The notes under the pieces: generated by a model
The model's database searches: none
Told to the model about the DNA's origin: nothing
What the model saw: the letters and a program-made list of their open reading frames with translations, nothing else
In this document: positions 21,417 through 32,296 of the stretch, in pieces
How positions within the stretch are numbered: position 1 is the first letter of the stretch
How the letters are laid out: each line of letters begins with the position of its first letter
Made by a program: the position numbers and the translations under genes
Source: Octopus bimaculoides
Taxonomy: Eukaryota
NCBI RefSeq assembly: GCF_001194135.2
Contig: NC_068994.1
Span: 24,351,747-24,390,270 of the forward strand
DNA length: 38,524 nt
Reading direction: 5' to 3'

Positions 21417-24400
21417 CTGTAGAGTGAGTAATTAATCTCAGTTAGTATCAGAGATAGTTCCTGATGGCGATATCAACAGTCTTGTAAGATCAATCAGGGA
21501 AACGTAAATCAGGTTCGCATATTGTCTGCAATTCATTTGTAGTATCTTTACCGAATGAAAAATCAATAATGGAAGATCTATTAACTCGGGTAACCTGAAT
21601 CTGGTTACACACTTTCCACAAGACCATCAAGTTTATCCAGAATAACAAAGTTATGATTGGTGTTCCCAATGGAAATACTTGATTGTGTTTTAGTGTTGAG
21701 AAGTATCAGATTTTTCTCTTTTCTCTATTTCTCTCTCCCTCTCTCTCCCCCTCTCTCTCTTTCAGGAATTCACAGAAACATGACAATGACAAAATATCAG
21801 GAAAACTTATGAAGATCATCACCTTTAAGACTATTGTTGTACAACTCTGCACTAAGGAAATTAACATTACACTTGAAGAAATTCTATAGTATTTTGTTCA
21901 CATTCCTATTTCCTCAATTCTTCCTACCTTCTTTCCACTCTTCCCCTGAGGTTCATTAAAACATATAAGCTAGGCCTATCCCATCTCCGAAATAAGAACA
22001 AGTATCATTTGTTCTCAAACGCTGAGCACTTTCTAACTGTTTACAAAGTACGTTGCTATCCATAGTATAGTGCTGCCATCAAAATAATGGAAGATATAAT
22101 CAACTGAGGCAGGATTTGAACTCAGTATTTAAAATATGTGGCATTTAGTCCGCTACATAATTGTTCTTTTCAACTCTCTGACTTTAAACGTCGGAACAGA
22201 GTGTATATATATTTCTCAAACTAGACCAGGAATTTTCTTTGAATAGGTATACAGTTTTGAATCAATTGCAGTTCATCTCAGCTATTCAGTTTATTGTTAC
22301 AAAGAAGTGAAGGCTGTGGCTCAACAGGAAATTAGTTACTGAAATTTACTTTGTCCAGCACTTTACTCTGCATTAGACATAGCGAGTATCAAAGAAATAG
22401 AAGATATATAAAGTAAAAACGAAAGCATCTGAGAGAATCTACTAAAGAGAAGTAGGCTGGTTTTGATTTTCAAATCCTAAATAAATAGAATCCAATTACT
22501 AAGCATTAGTGTCAGAAATGCTTTAAGTATTTGACTGCATGAAAGTACTCTCTAACACATAGTCAACCAACAAAAGAAAATACATACTGAAGTCCATAAA
22601 ATGTCTTAAGAATATTTGTTTAAACAAATTCATACCGGACTATTTATTACAAAAGAACAAATGTACACAACATTGTTTAAACAGCTCTACTAAAAACACA
22701 ATCACACATACATACCATCTTATTCAGTGTATTTGCATTGCTACATGTATAGAATAATATGGCTAAGAAGTGTAAATATTAGTTTGTATTGTTCCATATA
22801 TGTATATATATGTGCGGAACAAGAAGAAACTTTATTTCAAATTCTTGTTTAATATTTGAGTGTTTGACAATATGAGCTGTTGCCTAGACAAAACACGATT
22901 CCTGAGAGGGCTTGATGCCATTCATCAAAAAGAATATATGAGGATTATTAAATTCGCAATTAACCTAGTCTGATAAATAAACACACGTTGGAAAATAAAA
23001 GCAAGCAATATACAGTATCAATATTCCCATTATATTCAGTAGTACAAACTTCTATAAGGAGAATACTAGTTAATATTAACAAAGCAAAGACGGTGAATGT
23101 TAACTTCCAAATAATGGCATACTTTTTCAACAATAACCTGCTCTTGATTTTAATACGCATAGCGGAAATTTTAGAAATTGCTCAAGGTATGTATATGAAC
23201 TCAATATTTCCCATCAATTTAACATGATACAATAAATCCTCTTTTATTCATGAAACTTATATCAAAGTACTGTATTGGTCTAGAAACTTTAGATTTTAAT
23301 TTTATTTATTTATTTATTTATTTATCACGAGGAAGTATCGAGTAGTTTTAGGTATAATTGCAGACATAATTTCTACACTCATGATTATTAAATCATTTAA
23401 GAATCTACTGTAGCTTGGAGCATTTTCCTTACAGCAATGTAGTTTTTATCAGCACTGATGGCATTTGCTATGCCTTGAAATATATATTTTTGCACAGTAA
23501 ATTCGTCGTATCACTTTGCACAAAGTGTGTTCTATGTAAGTCTTTTCTAAACAGCTGGGTTTAAAGAAAATTAGTAAATGCGCTCAAAACATTTAACTAT
23601 TTCACTTTATTATTGGATACAAGTACAATTTATCTTTAAATAATACTTTGTTTTCTATAACTTTTTGAGTTTTTATTCATTATTATGTATTTACTCTGTT
23701 TACTCGTCATGCGTCGTGCAACAATAGAGTTTAGAGTTCAATATAAAATACACGCCTAAAAGCTTATTGAACTATTCTAATGTGTTTTATTTTTAAGGTT
23801 TACTCAATAAAGTATTCAATAACAGTATTTTTTGGAAAATAATGTCTACGAACTAGCATTTCACTTCAATATAACGATTATGTACCAGGCCAAATATCCT
23901 TCATGTCGTATCCTACAAAATATATTTGATAATGTAATAATAGATACCCTTAAAAAGAAGAGGTGGCCACACCTGGAATGCCTTTGATTGTAGGCCTACT
24001 CAATCAGAATTATGAGTCTAAACACTAACAATCGCTAACACACGATTACCTAACAAAATTGTTATTAATATAGTATAGAATTTGAACTGTGATATTTCTT
24101 TATTTTCTGAGGTTTCGGTGAAAGGAGTGTCTTCATATATTTTCCATGTCTTATAGGTGTCATCTTTTCGTATTTGTTTCGTTACAAATTACTTCAAGTA
24201 GAAATCATTTTAGAAAGTTGTGTAATGTTAAGTACACTACTCAATTCAGTTCTATTTAAGAGGCCATATCCTGGTCTGGTTACGCATCTTCTTTCAGACA
24301 AACCATCGTTGGAGCCGCAACATAATTGGCTATAAGAACCAAAGCTCTTTTCCAGATTACACCTTACTGTCTTTAGTGTTGTCCAAAGTACACTATGCCA

Positions 24401-25544
24401 ATAAAAAGTAAAAATATTAATGGCTGAACTGTTTCTAATCATGTCTGCTCTTTTGGAGTCGATTTGGAGCTAAACAACAACTAGACTATGTATATCACAA
24501 ATATTCTTTTAAATACATTTTATGCATCATATAATATTGTACATTTTAACATTGACCAACTGTGAACTGAAACTGAAAAATAACGGAGAAAGCCAGTTCG
24601 TAGGTACCATTTAAAAAATGCATTTTTAATAATAAATTACTTCATTGTATTTAAGGTATAAAACGTTAGCCTTTTCATTTCATTCATATCATAAGTTATC
24701 CAAGAATTAACCACATTTTACATTTTTAAGCAATTAATATCATGTATAATATTTTGTCATTGTTAGAGTGGAAGTTTTAAAACACTGAAGGAAATGCAAT
24801 CACATATGTTCTCTTACAATTACTTTCTGCTTCCCTCGTGCCAAAGAACCATTATCTGCAAAACAACAACAAAAAATGGACATAAAATCCCAGATAGATC
24901 GATAAAACTATTGTTGATTTAATATTTGTTTTAGTCTGTTAATGTTTACATTATACGTACCTTATCAATTAATTGTTGATAAGCCAATATTAAATAGTCC
25001 GGCTTATAACTACTACAGAGGCTTGAAGTGAATGTTTATACAAATACAGAAAAGGTTACTTTAGATTCTAATTAATGAAAAGTGTTTCTATGTTCATAGT
25101 GAAATATTTCACGTGTTTCTTAAGAACGATAAAAATGATAACGAAACCCTTTAAAAGAATTACACAAAATGGTGTCTTAAATACCAGTAGTGAAATTTGA
25201 AATTAAAATTTTACTGTGAGCTTGTGCAACGTAATGCAACCAGTTTCATAAATAAGAACAATTAAGTTAAGTTGCAGATCAGATAAGCAACAGCAAGTGT
25301 ACTTTGCTCGCTTTTGATATCAGTTCTAAACTAAGACAGCTAAGGCATGAAATATAACATAATTTAGAGATTCGTCTTTTGTGAAGATAATATACTTTGT
25401 TTTATAAAGCATAGGTTTTATTTTTGAAACATTGCCCAATATAACATAACAAAAATCGTTCTGTAAAGTAATTTTCTAGAAGTCTTCTATTTTAGTTGGA
25501 TTAAAACATTTTGGGCAAGGAAGTTAGTGGTTGAATTGTTCTGT

Positions 25545-25738
25545 TAATATTTAGCGGTATTTCGTCCCTCTCTACATTCTGAGTTTTAAATTCCGTCTTT
25601 AAATTCCACCGAGGTCGATTTTGCCTGTCATCTTTCCGAGGTCGTTAAAATAGGTACCAGTTGAGCATTGGGGACGATCCACTCCTGTTACCCCCAACCG
25701 CGAACCTGATAGCATTGTGCCAATATTTGAAACCAATA
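25545..25738 (+). mobile_element. SINE family B, diverged copy
   Basis: TTAGCGGTATTTCGTCC..TTCTGAGTT..AAATTCCACCGAGGTCGATTTTGCCTGTCATCTTTCCGAGGTCGTTAAAATAGGTACCAG. Confidence 0.8.
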
Positions 25739-26181
25739 AGGGAATTTTACTTTGAAGTTGAAAATTATTTCAAAGTCCATTTTGTTACTTCATAGTATGC
25801 GAGTATATGAATAATTACGTTGGTGCAATTAAGGAAAATGAAAAATTACATTAAAAATAAAACGAAGAATTATCTAGTTTCAATTGACAAAAAAAGAGCA
25901 ATAAATATTAACATGCAAATATCATTTGGATGTTGGTATTTGTGGATGAATATGCTAATTAGCTTTGATAGCATATTTTTCTAACTTATAGGAAATTGCT
26001 CCCCTTGGCTCTAAGATATTTTATAAATGTAACCAATAAAACACAGAAATAAAATGCAGTATTTCTAACTCCAACTAGCATTCATAGAAATTAAATAACA
26101 ATATACGAATTTCATATTGAATACAATTAAGTTAGTACTAATATATTCCAAAGCGGGCATTAGAAAGGAAGGTAGAAATAA

Positions 26182-26400
26182 TTATTGGTTTCAAGCTTGG
26201 TACCAGGCCAGCAAGTTCGGAGGAGGGGTAAGTCGATTAGATCGACCCCAGTCCTCAACTGGTACTTTTTTATCAACTCCGAAAGGATGAAAGGCAAAGT
26301 CGACCCCAGCGACATTTGAATTCAGAGCATAAAGACGGACGAAATGCCTTGAAGAATTTTTTTCCCCGGCGTGCCACGATTCTACCAGCTCGCTGCCTTA
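26182..26400 (-). mobile_element. SINE family B
   Basis: Full head-to-tail match to the other B copies; TSD-like TAGAAATAA at 26173-26181 and 26402-26410. Confidence 0.85.
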
Positions 26401-26459
26401 ATAGAAATAAATATTAATCAGTGTCTAAACTGCTTTTGACTTTTCAACATGTATGGAAA

Positions 26460-28150
26460 AAACTCGGACTCTTGTGTATAATGAACAGTAGTGAGCAGCA
26501 TATTGAAAAGTAGAAAGGTGTAAGAAAATCTCTTAAATTTTTATAAGAACTTTGGATTAGAAATTGAAATGGAAAAAAATCACAAAGTGGTAAAATTCCT
26601 AAACGTAAAACTTAACCTCATTGATGGGAAACTCGAACCATTCCATAAGCCAAATGGGAGCTTAAAATATGTAAGTCGAGGATCCAATCACCCGGAACAT
26701 ATACTGCGATGCATCCCAAGAAGCGTGAGTAATAGAATATCTAGACTATCAATGGATGAACAGACATTCGATCTGCACGCCGAGTATTACAACTAAGCAC
26801 TGGCTAGAGCGGGATATAGGGATAAAATAGAATATATACAGAATAGGACAGGGAAGGTTCAAAACCCAGCGGGCATTATCAATAGTGGTAATATTCATAT
26901 AAATAGCAGCAGAATGCAAGTACCTACAAAAATGGTAAATACAATAGGAACTATAAGGGAAAGAAAAGGCCATGACAATAATAGAGAAAAATATAAAACA
27001 GAACTCATGAACCTACAACCAAAGCTAGAAAGAACCGCACGGTTAAATACCGATAGTAATAATCCTTTCTACTGAAGGCACAAGGCCTTGAAATTTTGAA
27101 GAAGGGACTAGTCGATTACATCGACCCTAGTGTTTTACTGGTAGTTAATTTATCGACCCCTAAAGGATGAAAAGTAATGTCCAGCTCGGCTGAATTTGAA
27201 CTCAGAACGTAGTTACAGACGAAATCCCGGTAAGCATTTCGACCAGCGGGCTGACAATTCTGCCAGCTCGTCGCCTTAAATACGATAGATCTAATAGATG
27301 TATTAAAAGAAATGGAAAAATAATCGATGAAATTATCTGGTTTAATCCGATCTTTAATTCACTAGTAAAATCAAAAATAGGCCAGGAATTTTTTGCAACA
27401 TAAGTTAAACATTTCCTAAAATCTTTCAAATATTGCAAAATCATAAACAAACACAATGTAAAATTAGTATACGTGACCTCTCACAATCTAGAGTACCACA
27501 TACACAAACTAGATAACACAAGAGTAAATAGAATAAAACCAGATGAGATATATGAACCAATCACGGCTAACAGAACCTTATACGATAGAGTGGTGGAAAA
27601 TAGCAGTAGTAAAAACTCATCAATAAGAAAAACAGACCCAAACAACATCACACAATAAATATATAAGGAAAATGAGTGCACGATTACAAGAGGAAGAAGA
27701 AAGAGGACCACTAATAGTAACTTCACAGAAAAAAAATAGTATCATGTGTAACTTCAGACGTAAGGGCGAATGCTGATTAGGCAACAACTACATGATACGA
27801 AATGTAGTGTACAAATGTGAGGTGAAGGCAAATACACAGAAATATGTGTACATTGGTAGTACCGCAGACACCATGAAAAATCCTCTGAGAAGCCATCTCT
27901 CATTGTTTTTCAATATAAAAAAAAGACACTCCACATCCATGTCTGGAGCATGAAACAGAATGGAGTAGAATACACAACTCAGTGGTCCATTATATAAAAA
28001 ATGCTGCGTCATATAACGGAACTCCACGAGTATGAAACATATGCCTTGAAGAAACCCTGGAAATAATCACATCCATGGAAAACGTGATAAATAAACACTT
28101 TGAGATGGTCATATCATGTAAGCATAGGAACAAAATACCATTCATTGAAT
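26460..28150 (+). mobile_element. Second Penelope-like element (different lineage), RT C-terminus plus GIY-YIG, heavily decayed, interrupted by a SINE
   Basis: KFLNVKLNL..PFHKPNGSLKYVSRGSNHPEHILRCIPRSVSNRISRLS..YYN*AL..GY; IIWFNP..IGQEF..KHFPK; CNFRRKGEC; NVVYKCEV..YVYIGST; C-terminal NKxFEMVISCKH-like relic. Confidence 0.82.
27057..27275 (-). mobile_element. SINE family B nested in the Penelope-like element
   Basis: TSD TTAAATACCGATAG (27043-27056) / TTAAATACGATAG (27276-27288); PLE coding resumes after it. Confidence 0.88.
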
Positions 28151-28596
28151 TTGAAAAAAAAATATTTTGAAAAGAAGTAACAAATTATAGAATAGTGTAA
28201 GAACCCAAACAAATAAACGAAAATACCATTGTTTAAGATGATACACACTATAACAACAGAAACAGTGAAAAAGTTACCACAAGCCCTACTGTATAGCAGC
28301 TGACCACCTGTTGAGTTCAGAATTTATTGAGTTGGTGTCTTGAATGAAATAGAACAAAGAAATGTACTACCTAAATCTGCTAAATGAATAACCATCTTTA
28401 AAATCTGCAGAATGAATAGCAGATAAATCCAACACCACCACATGCACCTCCATCCCCATATCACTACCATTCCTTCCTCTACTCCCATCACCCACCTCCC
28501 CCAACCAATTACATACAGAAATACCCACATAGCTAGATTGGCCTTCATACTAGCAAGAAGGGATAAACATCCCTCTGTGATCCATCCAATAATGCA

Positions 28597-28739
28597 GTAT
28601 CGCCTGATGAAAAGAATCAATGATGATAATCAACCGGATGTCCACGGATAATACTGACTATACTATACTATACTAATCCCAACGATACCGTCTCCAATGT
28701 TAAAAATCATGTGATATATGGAAACACGCGTAGCGATGT
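28597..28739 (+). ncRNA. Candidate type I hammerhead with ~110-nt stem II region
   Basis: ATCGC-CTGATGA (28599-28610) ... GAAA-CACGCG-TA-GCGAT (28721-28737). Stem I pairs perfectly and both core strands are canonical; the base of stem II is poorly paired. Confidence 0.45.
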
Positions 28740-28763
28740 ATTAAATATTTATTCCATCCACGA

Positions 28764-28808
<45 letters not shown>

Positions 28809-28822
28809 NNNNNNNNNNATTA

Positions 28823-28863
<41 letters not shown>
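28764..28863. repeat. (ATT)n microsatellite containing a 10-N gap (28809-28818)
   Basis: Direct reading. Confidence 0.95.
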
Positions 28864-29075
28864 GGCAGTGAGTTGGCAGAATCATTAGCCTAACAGACAA
28901 AATGCTTAGCAGTATTTCATCCATCTTTATGTTCTGAGTTCAAATTCCATCAAGGTTGACTTTATTTTTCATCCTTTTGGGGTCAATAAATTAAGTACCA
29001 GTGAAACACTGGGGTTGATGTAATTGGCTATCCCTCTCCTCCAAATTTCAGGCCTTGTGTCTATTGTAGAAAATA
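28864..29075 (+). mobile_element. SINE family B with (ATT)/(GTT)n tail
   Basis: A-box-like TGGCAGAATC, B-box-like GAGTTCAAATTCC, core TTTCATCCTTTTGGGGTCAATAAATTAAGTACCAG. Confidence 0.85.
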
Positions 29076-29106
29076 TTATTATTATTGTTGTTGTTGTTGT
29101 TGTTGT

Positions 29107-29324
29107 NNNNNNNNNNNNNNNNNNNNNNNNNNNNNNNNNNNNNNNNNNNNNNNNNNNNNNNNNNNNNNNNNNNNNNNNNNNNNNNNNNNNNNNNNNNNNN
29201 NNNNNNNNNNNNNNNNNNNNNNNNNNNNNNNNNNNNNNNNNNNNNNNNNNNNNNNNNNNNNNNNNNNNNNNNNNNNNNNNNNNNNNNNNNNNNNNNNNNN
29301 NNNNNNNNNNNNNNNNNNNNNNNN
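29107..29324. other. Assembly gap
   Basis: N run. Confidence 1.
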
Positions 29325-29553
29325 ATGCTCCCCCACTACTTCTGCTCATGATCAGAGATGCACATATTGTCAGCCACCAAGGGACATGCTCAACTGGTTA
29401 AGGGCAAACAACTGACAAGCAAATCTATGGTATTAAGCAGAATATTTGCTGTAGCCCATCTTTTACACCAAGACAAAACAATGTACATGATAACACTTCC
29501 AATCAATTAAGATCAGAAGCCATGAGAGCCACTGCCTGGTACTGCATCCGGGG

Positions 29554-29603
29554 ATTTATTATTATTATTATCATCATCATCATCATTATCATCATGATCA
29601 TGG

Positions 29604-29634
<31 letters not shown>

Positions 29635-29660
29635 TATTATTATTATTCTTATTCTTATTA
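29554..29660. repeat. Compound (ATT)n/(ATC)n microsatellite
   Basis: Direct reading. Confidence 0.9.
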
Positions 29661-29970
29661 TATCTTGTGAGTGTGTATGTGTGTGTACTAAAAATAAATA
29701 ATTCAAAAGCACCGTTCTTTGAATGAAGTGGATTTCCGGATATATGTAACGGTTGTTTTGGAAGGTTTTTCCATTAAGCATGGACAAATATTTTGGCTTT
29801 CTATAGTTCAAAATGTTGGATGACTTGAATCTGAAATTAGCGGTTCCCGCTTCTGTCCAAGATATTTAATATATTTTTAGAAAATAATAATTTGCCTCTA
29901 GAAACAAGCGTATAAAAGTGATTTGGTTTTTTTTTTTACTTTCTACTTAGAATCACTGTATATTCGTTTG

Positions 29971-29972
<2 letters not shown>

Positions 29973-30022
<50 letters not shown>

Positions 30023-30087
30023 CATACATACATACATACCATACATACATACATACATACATACATACATACATACATACATACACA
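29973..30087. repeat. (CA)n + (CATA)n microsatellite
   Basis: Direct reading. Confidence 0.95.
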
Positions 30088-30179
30088 TTCGAAACGACAA
30101 CTCGTATATTTGGCATGGGAGACTATTTATCGAAAATACAATGAATACTATCTCTAACTTTGGAGCCACAACTATCAGC

Positions 30180-31980
30180 CTTGTTATATAACTGGTTAAT
30201 CTTCAGATGAATTAACTGAAGGAGCCTTTTATTCACGATCGTAGTGATTTTCGACTGAAACTTAAATTTAGCATGCAGAGAGTTACTACAAACAACATGG
30301 CTGGACACAATATCAACAACAACACAATCGAGGAACAGAACAAAAAGCTCAAGAGACAAACAATTTCTTTCTAACTGTAGTTATACAAGAAACCGTAACT
30401 ACAAACCTCATTTCTCTTGGAGTTATGAATTGAATAATGATCTATTGAACTACTACGAAAAAGCAAAACAAAACCCCGCTGTTGGCTATATGAATCGGTT
30501 GAAATCATATTGGGACGATCTGCATCCAGAATTAAATCATTTTACTGCGAAGCAACTACGCCGACAAGCTACATTTGTAGAACGCAGAAAGAAGGTTAGT
30601 AACTGTAACTTTATTAAGAAATCGAAAATTAACCTTCTTTCCAACTCTATAAGCATAAACGAAAACGTGAATCATATAAGACCACCACGTGGTTTCGCAG
30701 CTAGTGACATTCCAACAGATTCTATAGTGCCTGCCAGCCAACAGCGATGTAGATCGCCTCTACCTAAAACGAAAACAAGGAAGAAGAGACTTAACATCGA
30801 TCCAAAATGCCTTTGGATGTCGCATCATATCCCTTCGGCAGCATCTTTTAACCACCAAGTCCCGAAGTGCATCCCTATACCAAGTTTGCATACTTGAGGC
30901 TGATAACATCATAAGACTTGGAATACATGCTTACAGAAATCGCACGGCTTTGCCGCAACATATCATGAGATGAAAAGATGAGCCTATATGAGTAGAAGAC
31001 TATGCATGGGTAGGTAACTAGAAAGCTCCGTGCTAATAATAACAACGATCATCAAAGAGTTTATCATGGACCAATAGCCGGATTACTACCTCACATTTTG
31101 AAGGGTATGCGTTTGTAATCCAGGAACAGGAAATATCAACCAAGTACTTGATGCCCAAAAGGGATAGAGATGCAGGTAAAGCCGTAAAGTGTAACAACAG
31201 ATGCAGACTTTGGGGAGTTCACACTGGCGATATCACCCACATCATAAGCAGTTGTACGAAAATGTCATCACGGTATTATCTACCGATGAGACATGACGTT
31301 GTAGCTGGGACACTCCATAATGAAATCCGTCGGAAGGATAATCCCGAGGATAAAGAAACAAGAACCCACAGTATGGTAGAAGCCATAGCCACTCATAATA
31401 AAAAGGAATATTGGTGGAATGTACCAGTGAAGACCTCAACAAAATGTAAGCACCACAGACCTGATACAATGATTTGGGATAGAGAAAAGAAACTGTGCAC
31501 AGTTGTGGAAATTAGCTGCCCAGTGGATGTTAAAATGAACTATTAAGAAATCTGCAGTTACTCTATCCAGATTGCAAGTTTAGGTTTATACCTGTAATTA
31601 TTGGGGCCCTGGGATATGTAACACACTGCCTAAATACCAATCTTGAGAAATTAGGCTTTTCAAAGCCAGAAAGGAGAAAGCTAATCCGAAGACTACAGAT
31701 CCATTCCATCACTGGAACTGTAAAAATCTGTAAAACTTTCCAGAAGTTTATAATTTAAATATATATGAGCATGTCTAGATATGCAACTATATGCATGAGA
31801 ATACATACATAAAACATACAAATCTGCACATATATACATACATACATAATACATACATACATACATACATACAAAAATACCCTGTTGTTGATGCTGAAAA
31901 TCCAGTGAAGGAGACTAGGGTCTAGGTTAGAAACCGGTTCTTTCTCTGTTGGCAAGAAATCTTGAAATAAACTGAATAAT
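30180..31980 (+). mobile_element. R4/Dong-like LINE derivative lacking RT (N-terminal domain, CCHC relic, RLE, 3' UTR); ends approximate
   Basis: N-term RNRNYKPHFSWSYELNNDLL..GYMNRLKSYWDDLHPE..KQLRRQA; then EGYAFVIQEQEISTKYL..CRL..DITHIISSC..RHD..HRPDTMIWD..VVEISCP; no RT motifs between them. Confidence 0.75.
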
Positions 31981-32296
31981 GACATATATGGTATACATAC
32001 ATACATACATACATACATACATACATACATACATGCATACATAGTATGAAGCACAGACACTTCTATACTGAAGTGAAATGCATTCCACTACACAAATTCA
32101 AGTTATACAATTATACATGAGCGCAAACAAGTAGAAACAGTAAATAATCAGACTAAATATGTTACGGCATTTAGTCTTGACTTCACTATATAAGTGCCAA
32201 TAAATAAGTACCTATAATATACGAAATTAATTCAGCTAGCTACACCTTTCTATAGCATAATTGGCCTTATATATATAGTTAATAGAAATGCATATA

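Noticed and set aside
21683-21889. Strong-looking acceptor TTTCAG at ~21764 followed by a short ORF
   Set aside because: The polypyrimidine tract is a (CT)n microsatellite, no donor precedes the stop, and the peptide is unrecognisable.
27774-27776. In-frame TGA in the PLE Cys-rich region as selenocysteine
   Set aside because: The position aligns to the Pro of a CPL-type motif rather than a Cys, and the element has many other stops.
30100-30300. HDV-like ribozyme at the 5' end of the Dong-like derivative
   Set aside because: No P1/P2/P3 double pseudoknot could be found by eye; a computational scan would be needed.
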